Assembly (NCBI GenBank): GCA_966185695.1
Contig: CBIFUL010000010.1
Coordinates: 2,718-66,717 of the forward strand
Direction of reading: 5' to 3'
DNA: 64,000 nt
Source of the DNA: an uncultured Pantoea sp.
GTDB lineage: Bacteria; Pseudomonadota; Gammaproteobacteria; Enterobacterales; Enterobacteriaceae
The position numbers and the translations under genes were made by a program. Positions 1 to 8,438 of the stretch are shown one piece after another; the first letter of the stretch is position 1, and each line of letters starts with the position of its first letter. The notes beneath the pieces are model-generated. The model worked only from the letters and a program-made list of their open reading frames with translations, did not search any database and had not been told where the DNA came from.

Positions 1-2
1 GC

Positions 3-365
3 GGTTTGAAGCGGATGAGTAGTGATATTGTGCAGTCGCTGCTGCGCAAGCTGGCGACAATGGGCGTGCCGCTCACCAGCGACTCCTTCCGCGTGCTTAA
101 GGCCACCTATTATCGCAACGCGCTGGATATGATGGAGATCTATAACCACGAAGCCACCATGAACGGCCTCAAGTTTGATCAACACATTGAAGAAGCGGCG
201 GTCGAGATGTTCAGCCAGGCGATTCTGGAAGCCGGACAAGCGTTTATCGAGCGCCCGAATGAAAAGCCGTTTATTCCCAGCTGGAGTCGGGTGCAGTCGG
301 CGTTTCCCGACATTCTGCAACGCATTTATCAGGCGGTTGAAGAGGACAACGACGGCAAGGTGTAG
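3..365 (+). CDS. 3' part of a glycosyltransferase, probably glucosyl-3-phosphoglycerate synthase (GpgS-like); truncated by window start
   Basis: C-terminal motifs LKATYYRNALD, EEAAVEMF and PFIPSWSRV resemble gammaproteobacterial GpgS-type enzymes; open frame runs off the left edge. Confidence 0.6.
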   Translation, partial: GLKRMSSDIVQSLLRKLATMGVPLTSDSFRVLKATYYRNALDMMEIYNHEATMNGLKFDQHIEEAAVEMFSQAILEAGQAFIERPNEKPFIPSWSRVQSAFPDILQRIYQAVEEDNDGKV

Positions 366-395
366 CCGCTTTTAAGCGTCAAAGAGGAATACGCA

Positions 396-419
396 GCGGG
401 ACGGCATTTGCCGTCCCGC
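396..419. terminator. GC-rich hairpin between convergent genes
   Basis: gcgggacggc-attt-gccgtcccgc perfect 10-bp stem. Confidence 0.6.
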
Positions 420-425
420 CTGTAT

Positions 426-602
426 TTAGCTCGCCAGCTGATGTGCGCTGGAGATGTGATTCAATTCATCGCTACGGAACGCTTCACGACGCACGCTGTA
501 GCCATCATACCAACGACACTCCACCATTCCACTGGCATTGCCGGTGACCACCATAGTTGGTCCGCCCTGCTTATGCTGAACCTCATCACTGATTGCAAAC
601 AT
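426..602 (-). CDS. yodC: YodC/DUF2158 family small protein (58 aa)
   Basis: MFAISDEVQHKQGGPTMVVTG...VECRWYDG...REAF matches the YodC pattern; AAGGAGG RBS before ATG at 602; syntenic with yedI. Confidence 0.8.
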   Translation of the reverse strand: MFAISDEVQHKQGGPTMVVTGNASGMVECRWYDGYSVRREAFRSDELNHISSAHQLAS

Positions 603-727
603 ACCGCGCCCCTCCTTTTCACGTTGATTGAACGGATTTAGGTATAGCAGCTGCGGCGACAATTCGCCTATAAGATAAAGCTATTAATGTGACTAATTCA
701 GAATAAGCAGTTAAAAACTCTGTCTAT

Positions 728-759
728 AAAAAAAGCCGATAACTTTTGTTATCGGCTTT
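728..759 (-). terminator. Rho-independent terminator of the 44-aa ORF
   Basis: aaagccgataac-tttt-gttatcggcttt with an A-run on + (U-run on -). Confidence 0.75.
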
Positions 760-783
760 GAAGATGCTGCGCGGCGCGGAGAC

Positions 784-918
784 TTAGATTTTGCACCCTT
801 CGCAATCAGCTTCATCGCTGAGATCGGCTGGCACTTCGTTGGCTTTTTCAGCCGCTTTGGCTTCCGCCTGTTCCAGCTGTGCATCGATATCAAATTCAAA
901 CATATCGTCGTTCATCAT
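784..918 (-). CDS. Unannotated 44-aa acidic microprotein ending in CxxC (MMNDDMFEFDIDAQLEQAEAKAAEKANEVPADLSDEADCEGCKI)
   Basis: Translated by hand, below the ORF-track cutoff; CAGGAGAACG RBS directly before ATG at 918, TAA at 784-786, terminator right after. Confidence 0.75.
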   Translation of the reverse strand: MMNDDMFEFDIDAQLEQAEAKAAEKANEVPADLSDEADCEGCKI

Positions 919-954
919 CGTTCTCCTGAACCGTGAGTAGAAATTTACTGCGCT

Positions 955-1866
955 TTATACCGATTTCCCACGCAGCTTCGCAACCCCATTTACCCCTAAC
1001 AGCACGATCGACCCAATGATAAAGCCGATCACCAGATTGGCGCCGTTGCTGAGCAGCGCGGCAGCGAAGCCACCGAAGCCGGCGCTGTATTCAGTGATGG
1101 CGTGATGCAGCGGCGAGATGCCGTGCACCACAATACCGCCGCCCACCAGGAACATAGCGAGGGTCCCCACCACCGTTAAAATCTTCATCAGCCACGGCGC
1201 GAGCGCCAACAGCGCGCTGCCCACGCCCTGCGCCAGCGTGGAGGATTTCTCGCGCAGCCAGAAGCCCAGGTCGTCGATTTTCACAATCATTGCCACGATG
1301 CCGTAGACGCCAATCGTGACCAGAATGGCAATCCCCGCCAGCACCAGCACCTGATTCAGCAGCGGCGCATCCGAGACGATGCCCAGCGTGATCGCCACAA
1401 TTTCTGCCGACAGAATGAAATCGGTGCGCACCGCGCCTTTTACTTTATCCTTCTCGAATTGTTTAGGATCCTGCTGCGCCAACTTGTCGAGACGCTGCTG
1501 CCGCGCTTCCGGGCTTTGCTCAGCTTTATCGTGCTGCAAGCTGTGCAGCACTTTCTCCACACCTTCAAAACACAAATACGCGCCGCCAATCATCAGCAGC
1601 GGCGTAATCAACCACGGCGCGAAGGCGGAGATCAGCAGTGCCAGCGGCACTAAAATCAGTTTGTTGAGGAAGGAGCCCTTTGCCACGCTCCACACTACCG
1701 GTAATTCGCGGTTGGCTTTAACCCCGGTGACCTGCTGCGCGTTCAGTGATAAATCATCACCGAGCACGCCCGCCGTCTTCTTTGCCGCGACTTTGCCCAT
1801 AACCGAGATATCGTCGAGCAGCGTCGCAATATCGTCCAACAGCGTGAGTAAACTGGTTCCAGCCAA
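955..1866 (-). CDS. yedI: DUF808 family inner membrane protein YedI
   Basis: (L)[38 protein letters not shown] is the YedI N-terminus; likely TTG start at 1866 after AAGGAA. Confidence 0.9.
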   Translation of the reverse strand: MAGTSLLTLLDDIATLLDDISVMGKVAAKKTAGVLGDDLSLNAQQVTGVKANRELPVVWSVAKGSFLNKLILVPLALLISAFAPWLITPLLMIGGAYLCFEGVEKVLHSLQHDKAEQSPEARQQRLDKLAQQDPKQFEKDKVKGAVRTDFILSAEIVAITLGIVSDAPLLNQVLVLAGIAILVTIGVYGIVAMIVKIDDLGFWLREKSSTLAQGVGSALLALAPWLMKILTVVGTLAMFLVGGGIVVHGISPLHHAITEYSAGFGGFAAALLSNGANLVIGFIIGSIVLLGVNGVAKLRGKSV

Positions 1867-1880
1867 AATGTTTTCCTTAG

Positions 1881-2153
1881 TTATTCCGGTTCGTGATCCT
1901 GACAACAGGGGCAACGCTCAACCGCCGTCACTGACATATCAGCGATGCCCGCACAGTCCCATTCAACGCGTAACGTGCCGCTCATCTCGCCAGCGTGCAA
2001 ATACTTGCTTACCGGACTTTCCGTCATCCCGCTGATCTCCTCGGTGGCCACCAGCCGATCGCCCACATAAATGCGGGCGGTTGCGTGGGCGTTCACCATG
2101 CGCTCATCGCGCAGTTGATACAGGCGTTTGACCGTCAGTTTGATGCTGCTCAT
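1881..2153 (-). CDS. Hypothetical 90-aa protein with a C-terminal CPCC..H motif
   Basis: ORF fills the gap between vsr and yedI in the same orientation; no family recognised. Confidence 0.6.
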   Translation of the reverse strand: MSSIKLTVKRLYQLRDERMVNAHATARIYVGDRLVATEEISGMTESPVSKYLHAGEMSGTLRVEWDCAGIADMSVTAVERCPCCQDHEPE

Positions 2154-2217
2154 GGCTCTTTTCCGCGTCCCAGAGAAAGGGTGAGATCTAAAACGTATTG
2201 AAGGATAAAAGCAACAA

Positions 2218-2691
2218 TCACGGTTGATAGTGATGCAGACCCTGGTGATCGATCTCGCTGCTTGATGCCGCCGCGAGTAACCACTCTTCCAATCGTTCCA
2301 CTAATGCGCCCTCGTCCAGCTGCAATTTGCCGCGCAGCGCGCACTCCCACACAATCAATACCTTCCAGCCGCTGCCGTGCAGCTGCTCGATATAACGCCG
2401 ATCGCGCTCGACGTTACTGTTAATTTTGCCGCTCCAAAATTCCGTGCGCGTTTCCGGCATTTTGAATAAATAGCAGTGATGACGATGCCAAAAACAGCCG
2501 TGGACAAAAATGATGGCTTTCTCGGCGGGCAAGACAAAATCGGGACGGCCCGGCAGCGCTTTGTCCTGCACGCGATAGGTAAAGCCACGATCTTTCAAAA
2601 TCAACGCAATACGCTGCTCAATTGCCGTGTCCTGCGTACGGATGGCGCGCATATTTTTGCTACGAATAGCTTGTGAGTGGACGTCTGCCAT
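2218..2691 (-). CDS. vsr: Very short patch repair endonuclease Vsr
   Basis: MADVHSQAIRSKNMRAI, LPGRPDFV, FVHGCFWHRH, GWKVLIVWECAL; ATG at 2691 after GGAG. Confidence 0.95.
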   Translation of the reverse strand: MADVHSQAIRSKNMRAIRTQDTAIEQRIALILKDRGFTYRVQDKALPGRPDFVLPAEKAIIFVHGCFWHRHHCYLFKMPETRTEFWSGKINSNVERDRRYIEQLHGSGWKVLIVWECALRGKLQLDEGALVERLEEWLLAAASSSEIDHQGLHHYQP

Positions 2692-2844
2692 ATCGTCTCC
2701 TTTTGAAAGGGCTTCTTCAACTTTAGCGGTTTGGGGCAAAAGCGACAGGGCAGGACGAAAAGAGTCTGCTACGCAGCACACAGCGCGGTTTTGCCACGGC
2801 GTGAGGAGTGTTAGCATAGCCGCCTCACTGTTAAGGAAAAACGC

Positions 2845-4245
2845 ATGCTCGCACCCGATCCCGCCGCACCTGCTGCCCCTTCCCCCTTTATTGCTGCTCA
2901 GGATGACGCGACCGCGCTGTTAATGCAGGTACTGGATATTTATGCCGCGCGCGATGTGGTGACAAGCTTAAGCGATGCCGGCGGCCGCGACTGGAACGTG
3001 CCGCGTTTAAATCGCATTCGCCAGGGCAAAAGCGCCGCGCCTGCGCTCAGCGCGGCGGAAGCGGCGGCGCTGCAAGCCTTATTACCGACGCGTCCGGCGC
3101 ATTACGCCAATCCCACCTTTCAGTTTGTGGATCTGTTTGCCGGCATCGGCGGCATTCGTCGCGGCTTTGAGCAGATCGGCGGCCAATGCGTGTTGACCAG
3201 CGAATGGAACAAAGAGGCGGTACGCACCTATAAAGCGAATCACTACAGCTGCCCGCACGCGCATCAGTTCAATAGTGATATTCGCCTGATCACCCAGCCC
3301 GCCGGACTGCGCGATGAACAGGCCATTTACCAGCATATCGATCAGACCTTTCCCGATCATCAGGTGCTGCTGGCCGGTTTTCCCTGCCAGCCGTTTTCGC
3401 TGGCGGGCGTGAGCAAAAAAAACGCGCTGGGCCGCGCACACGGATTTGAGTGCGAAGCGCAAGGCACGCTGTTTTTCGACGTGGCGCGCATTCTCGCCGC
3501 CAAAAAGCCGCCGTTTTTTGTGCTGGAGAATGTCAAAAATCTCAAGAGCCACGATCAAGGCCGCACCTTCGCCATTATCATGGCGACGCTGGATGAACTC
3601 GGTTATGACGTGGCCGACGCCAATGACAGCAGCGCGCCCGACGCCAAAATTATCGATGCACGCCACTTTCTGCCGCAGCATCGCGAACGCATCGTGCTGG
3701 TTGGCATTCGTCGTGACAGCGGCTTAAGCCACGGCTTCTCGCTGCGCGCGCTGAACGCGCTCTATCCGCAGCAGGTGCCCGCGTTGAGCAGCTTGCTGGA
3801 GCCGCAGCCTGATGCGAAATACACCTTGTCGCCCACGCTGTGGAATTATCTTTATCAGTACGCGAAAAAACACAAAGCCAAAGGCAACGGTTTTGGTTTT
3901 GGCCTTAACGATCCGCGCCAGCGCGATATTTGCGTGCGCACGTTGTCGGCGCGCTATTACAAAGATGGCTCGGAGATTCTCATCGATCGCGGCTGGGATC
4001 ACGCCTTGGGTGAAGCCGACTTCCAGCAGGCGGACAATATGGCGCGCCGTCCGCGCCGCTTAACCCCGCGCGAATGTGCGCGCTTGATGGGGTTTGAAGC
4101 GCCGGGCGAGAGCCGTTTCCGCATTCCAGTGTCCGATACCCAAGCTTATAAACAGTTTGGTAATTCGGTGGTGGTGCCGGTATTTGCTGCGGTGGCGCAG
4201 CTGCTTTTGCCGCTGATTGAACAATACCGTCGCCAACATCCGTAG
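2845..4245 (+). CDS. dcm: DNA cytosine-5 methyltransferase Dcm
   Basis: DLFAGIGG (motif I), AGFPCQPFS (catalytic PC), [21 protein letters not shown]; colinear with E. coli Dcm. Confidence 0.95.
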   Translation: MLAPDPAAPAAPSPFIAAQDDATALLMQVLDIYAARDVVTSLSDAGGRDWNVPRLNRIRQGKSAAPALSAAEAAALQALLPTRPAHYANPTFQFVDLFAGIGGIRRGFEQIGGQCVLTSEWNKEAVRTYKANHYSCPHAHQFNSDIRLITQPAGLRDEQAIYQHIDQTFPDHQVLLAGFPCQPFSLAGVSKKNALGRAHGFECEAQGTLFFDVARILAAKKPPFFVLENVKNLKSHDQGRTFAIIMATLDELGYDVADANDSSAPDAKIIDARHFLPQHRERIVLVGIRRDSGLSHGFSLRALNALYPQQVPALSSLLEPQPDAKYTLSPTLWNYLYQYAKKHKAKGNGFGFGLNDPRQRDICVRTLSARYYKDGSEILIDRGWDHALGEADFQQADNMARRPRRLTPRECARLMGFEAPGESRFRIPVSDTQAYKQFGNSVVVPVFAAVAQLLLPLIEQYRRQHP

Positions 4246-4309
4246 CAAGTCACTAGCGCGATTTGCTTTAGGGGCGCGGATTGTGCTGTTTTAGGATTAA
4301 TCGCGCCAC

Positions 4310-4343
4310 CTGTCACCTAACTGTCACGTAACCCTCTAATAAT
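4310..4343 (+). promoter_or_regulatory. Pho box (PhoB site) and -10 element upstream of the chemoreceptor
   Basis: CTGTCAC at 4310 and 4321 (11-bp period), then TAATAAT at 4337-4343, about 10 bp downstream. Confidence 0.75.
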
Positions 4344-4369
4344 CCCGTTTTATTTTTAGGGGCGTTGCG

Positions 4370-5971
4370 ATGTCACTCCTGTCTGTTATTTCTTTGCCGT
4401 TACGCTGGCGCAGCCGTTTCACCCTGCGGCTACCGCTGTGGATCACCAGCCTGCGCAGCCAGTTTTTGCTGTTCATCGTGCTGTTCTGCCTGCTGCAGTT
4501 TGCCGGCGTGCTGCTGCTCAATACGCACGTCAATCAAACGCAAACTTCGTTGCAGCAAGCCAATCAGCTGCGGGAAAGGTTGGCGCTGTTGGATAAGGCG
4601 CGCATTGAGCTTCTCACCGCCAGCGATAATAGCCATCGTGCGGGAATTTACCTGATGCAGGATCAGCAAAGCGGTTCGGTGGACAGCTGGAAAAGCCTCG
4701 CCGCCGCCGCCAATGATTCACTCCAACATGCGCAGCAGCTGTTTGCCGATTACCGTGCGCCTGCCAACGGCGCGCTGGCACAAGGCTTTACCCTGCTGGC
4801 CGAGGGCTTGAATGAGCAGCTCAAAGGGTTGGCGGCGAACAACATCGATGCGTTCTTTATGGTGCCGATGCAGGCGTTTCAGCAGCAGTTTAATGATGCC
4901 TGGTTTAGCGAAATCACGCAGGCTAATCAGCAACTGACTCACGTTAATCTCAACACGCTCAGCACCTTGAAGCAGAGTCGCAACCTGTCGCTGATCGTCA
5001 GTGCGGTGCTGATGAGCTTGCTGGTGCTGGCATCCAGTTTGTTGATGCGCGGCGTGCTACTGCCGCTGCGGCGCGCCAACGCGCAGCTCGACAACATTGC
5101 GACCGGCGACCTGATTGCCCGCCACGACGCGCCGAAACGCCAGTCGTTGGAAACGCGTCAGCTATTTTTGTCCATCGATACCATGCGCAGCGGGTTGCAG
5201 CAGATTGTCACGGATATCAACACCGTGGCGGTAAGCGTGGCGGCCGGTGCCGAAGATATGCAGCGGCATAATCAACAGGTGATGCAGCAACATCAGGCGC
5301 AAAACGCCAATTTCCATCACCTGTCGCAGCGTTTGCATCGCGTTTCCGAGGAAGTGGAAATTGGCACGCAGTTCTCGCAGCAGGCGACGCAGGACGCGCA
5401 ATCGGCGGATGCATTGATGCGCAACTGCGCGGTTGAAGTGGATAACATGGAAACCCAGATGGAGCAGATTGTGGCCGCTGCACAGGATATCGCCGGAATT
5501 GTCGGCATGTTGGACAATCTTTCCATGCAAACGCGGCTGCTTTCACTGAATGCCGCGATTGAATCGGCGCATGCTGGCGCTTATGGCCGCAGCTTCTCGG
5601 TGGTCGCCAAAGAGATGGGTGTGCTGTCGCAGCAGAGCGGCGCATCCACGCGCCAGATCGACAGCCTGATTCAGCACACGCAGCAGCATGTGCACAGCGG
5701 CTTCGACAAAGTAAAAGCGCTGGAAGTGCTGTTCGCGCAAATCGGCGTGGCGGTTGCAGACGTGGTAACCCAATTAAATGAGCTTCAGCAAAACAGCGCG
5801 GCACAAAGTCATCGGGTGAAGAAAATCGCGCTTGAGGTGGTAGAAATGAGCGAACAGCTGCAGCAAAACGAAGCCTTAAACGCTCAGCAGGTGCATGCTG
5901 CCGCGCAGTTGCGCGAGCTGTCCGATCGCCTGGCACAGCGCGCGCAGCAGTTTCGCGTGCGCCAGAGCTGA
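4370..5971 (+). CDS. Methyl-accepting chemotaxis protein (TM, Tar-type 4-helix sensor, TM, HAMP, divergent signalling domain; no NWETF pentapeptide)
   Basis: Two hydrophobic segments; HAMP ...IATGDL; tip QTRLLSLNAAIESAHAGAYGRSFSVVA. Confidence 0.85.
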   Translation: MSLLSVISLPLRWRSRFTLRLPLWITSLRSQFLLFIVLFCLLQFAGVLLLNTHVNQTQTSLQQANQLRERLALLDKARIELLTASDNSHRAGIYLMQDQQSGSVDSWKSLAAAANDSLQHAQQLFADYRAPANGALAQGFTLLAEGLNEQLKGLAANNIDAFFMVPMQAFQQQFNDAWFSEITQANQQLTHVNLNTLSTLKQSRNLSLIVSAVLMSLLVLASSLLMRGVLLPLRRANAQLDNIATGDLIARHDAPKRQSLETRQLFLSIDTMRSGLQQIVTDINTVAVSVAAGAEDMQRHNQQVMQQHQAQNANFHHLSQRLHRVSEEVEIGTQFSQQATQDAQSADALMRNCAVEVDNMETQMEQIVAAAQDIAGIVGMLDNLSMQTRLLSLNAAIESAHAGAYGRSFSVVAKEMGVLSQQSGASTRQIDSLIQHTQQHVHSGFDKVKALEVLFAQIGVAVADVVTQLNELQQNSAAQSHRVKKIALEVVEMSEQLQQNEALNAQQVHAAAQLRELSDRLAQRAQQFRVRQS

Positions 5972-5982
5972 CGCGTAAACAT

Positions 5983-6008
5983 AAAAAACCCGCCAACCGG
6001 CGGGCTTT
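5983..6008. terminator. Bidirectional terminator between convergent genes
   Basis: aaaaaacccgcc-aacc-ggcgggcttt. Confidence 0.7.
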
Positions 6009-6013
6009 CGAAA

Positions 6014-6262
6014 TTATTTTTTCTTTTTGCCTTTCTTCAGCAGCGCACGTACCTGCTTCAGTTCGGTGGCGGAGAGTTGCTCCGTCACCGCTTCCAGCGT
6101 ATCCAGACTATCAACGGCCGGTGGCTCATCGGCATGTAAACTGTCCTGCAAACGGTTAACAATCTCCTGACTCATGGAGATTTGGTTCTCGGCGGCTAAC
6201 TGTTTAATGTGCTCTTTCAGTGCCGGGTCAATTTTAATGGTTAAGTTAACGGTCTCGGTCAT
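6014..6262 (-). CDS. Arc/ribbon-helix-helix family DNA-binding protein with basic tail
   Basis: VNLTIKIDPALKEHIKQLAAENQISMSQEIVNRL fits the RHH strand-helix-helix pattern; AGGAG RBS. Confidence 0.7.
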   Translation of the reverse strand: MTETVNLTIKIDPALKEHIKQLAAENQISMSQEIVNRLQDSLHADEPPAVDSLDTLEAVTEQLSATELKQVRALLKKGKKKK

Positions 6263-6338
6263 CTTCACACTCCTTTTTGATTTACAACAACCTAGCGGAA
6301 GAAGATGAAAGTTAACAGACTGTCATAAAAATTTAATA

Positions 6339-7037
6339 TTAAGCGTGTAGAGGGCTGAAATCCCTTAACACCGACTCATCAATGGCGGTGAGATTGCCTT
6401 GCAGCTCGGCACATAATTTCGCCATATAGTGCACTAAAAAGTCGGCGTTGTGCTCTGCTAACCGGCGACCAGCATCGGTTTGCATGGTTTCCGGCAGGCG
6501 TAATAATTTCTTCTGGAAGTGGTCCAGCGTCCATTTTACATCGTCCAGTTCACGATCTTTTCCCAGCGGATCTTCGCTATCAAACAGTGGCCTGCCCAAC
6601 GCGCCTGCCGTGTAGAAAACCCGCGCCAGGCCGATAGCGCCTAAAGATTCGAGGCGGTCGGCATCCTGCACAATCTTCGCTTCCAGCGTGGTCGGCGTAA
6701 TGCGTGCGCTAAAGCTGTGCGCTTGCACCGCATGCGCCACGGCATCGAGCAGTTCAAACGGGAAGTCCGGAAAATCCTGCTGCAAGATGCGGCGGGTTTC
6801 TTCGGCGGCATAGGTCGAGGCTAAGTGCCGCTCCGGGTGGTTTTTCGGCAGGTTCACCACATCGTGGAAATAACAGGCGGTGAGCACCACCATCGCATCC
6901 GCATCGCCGTGTTGCATGATGCGCTGCGCGCTCAGCCATACGCGGCGTAAATGTGCGATGTCGTGCGCTTTATCGTCATGCAGCCAGTTAATGTGTAACC
7001 ACGTCTCATAACGTTGTTGCCAATGGGTAAGTGACAT
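6339..7037 (-). CDS. yedJ: HD-superfamily phosphohydrolase YedJ
   Basis: AHDIAH, CYFHD, AHSFS, VQDADRLESLGAIGLAR; colinear with E. coli YedJ. Confidence 0.9.
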   Translation of the reverse strand: MSLTHWQQRYETWLHINWLHDDKAHDIAHLRRVWLSAQRIMQHGDADAMVVLTACYFHDVVNLPKNHPERHLASTYAAEETRRILQQDFPDFPFELLDAVAHAVQAHSFSARITPTTLEAKIVQDADRLESLGAIGLARVFYTAGALGRPLFDSEDPLGKDRELDDVKWTLDHFQKKLLRLPETMQTDAGRRLAEHNADFLVHYMAKLCAELQGNLTAIDESVLRDFSPLHA

Positions 7038-7618
7038 CGGGCTGCTCCTTAGGTGCTGTTATGCAGCACCAGGGAACGGTGCGGCATCCTGCGAACATCA
7101 TAGCGGTTAACTCATGACGCTTTTTTTACACTCTTGCGGGAGGGGCGCTGCAGAAAATTGCGATCCCGATCATGTTATAGCGTTGTTAAAGATAAATGCC
7201 CAGTCCGTTGCGTGTTTTCGGCATTTCCTTATTGCCGTTTCCATTAAAAATTCTGTTAAACAGCGGTAATGTTTTTGCACCATCAACAAATTTGGCGTTA
7301 GCGTTTTATTCCAGTTAAATGTGCTGACTTAGTTCAAGTAAATTCGGCAATTACTAGCGACTTTGTCTGAAAAGATTCCCATTCTGGCCTTTATAACGTA
7401 CTGTATCGGGAAAATTTCCGGCTTTTAAGCGCTCACGGAAAGGCATTGCAGAATACATTTCCCTTATGAGCCATTTAAATATTGAAAATCGGACACAAAG
7501 CCTGATTGTAAGGCAACAAATTATTAAGCAAATTGATTCAAACCCATTATGCTAACTCCTCCCGCGTTAGCGGGTGTTCCGCAGTTTTCCGGGTTCGTGA
7601 CACAACAAGAGGTAAGCA

Positions 7619-8293
7619 ATGAAAGAACGGCCGATTCTTTTTTCCGAACAGCGGGTCCGCGCCCTGTTGGTTGGCCAGCAAACACAGACCCGGCGTATTA
7701 TGAAGACTCAGGCTTTTGGCCCGGGTCAGGATCATCACGAAGGTGTACATGCGTTTGATGTCAGCGCTAACCATTTGCACGGTTATAAATTGATGTCGAT
7801 GACCGACATCAGCTCGCATTGTCCTTATGGTCAGGTGGGCGATGGATTGTGGGTACGTGAAACCTGGCGCGGCCCCATCGTGCCGGAAGATCAGTTAGCG
7901 GAGTACGAGCGCGACCCCCTGCCGTTCCGCCATCCCGCGTTCTGCCAATATCGCGCCGACAGCAACGAACTGGGCCAATTGGATGAGCATTTGCAAAACG
8001 CCGAGCAGTTTGGCTGGCAAACCGCGATTCACATGCCGCGCTGGGCAAGCCGTATCGCACTGCAAATTACTGCGGTACGCGCCGAGAAGATTCAAGACAT
8101 CAGCGAAGATGACATCATGGCGGAAGGCGTGCAGACCGATACGCACTTCCTGAATAACTTCTTCACCATGAACATGAACGCCGAATCGCCGAAAGAGGCG
8201 TACCGCAAAGCGTGGCAAAAGCAGTATGGTGCCACCAGCTGGGAAGTGAATCCTTGGGTATGGGTAATTGAGTTCCAACGCGTCGAGCGTTAA
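7619..8293 (+). CDS. ASCH/PUA-like protein of a family typical of phages (MKERPILF...TQTRR)
   Basis: N-terminus MKERPILFSEQRVRALLVG.QTQTRR, middle GDGLWVRETW and HMPRWASRI, C-terminus EKIQDISEDDIMAEG...WEVNPWVWVIEF. Confidence 0.7.
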   Translation: MKERPILFSEQRVRALLVGQQTQTRRIMKTQAFGPGQDHHEGVHAFDVSANHLHGYKLMSMTDISSHCPYGQVGDGLWVRETWRGPIVPEDQLAEYERDPLPFRHPAFCQYRADSNELGQLDEHLQNAEQFGWQTAIHMPRWASRIALQITAVRAEKIQDISEDDIMAEGVQTDTHFLNNFFTMNMNAESPKEAYRKAWQKQYGATSWEVNPWVWVIEFQRVER

Positions 8294-8438
8294 TTTTCCT
8301 CTGCCTTACCGCCCTCATCTCACCCTAGATGAGGGCAATCCCCCCCACTTCACTACTTTGCCACGCCAATCACAGACAACTCCGCCACTAACTGATTGAA
8401 TAGTCGGCTTTGATTCCGCCCTGATAATAGGTGATGCG

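Noticed and set aside
2845-4245. Restriction-modification system
   Set aside because: The methyltransferase is colinear with orphan Dcm and paired with Vsr; no endonuclease is nearby.
4253-4309. Possible eroded family-2 REP pair just upstream of the Pho box
   Set aside because: Only short gcgcgattt / aatcgcgcc remnants remain, without GTAG ends; too weak to call.
6311-6330. Pho/PhoP-like site GTTAA..CTGTCAT between the RHH gene and yedJ
   Set aside because: Only one good half-site, and it is oriented opposite to both flanking genes.
7491-7510. GGACACAAAGCC resembling part of a c-di-GMP-I riboswitch
   Set aside because: The upstream GGCAAA element and P1/P2 pairing are not evident; an Infernal search would be needed to reconsider it.
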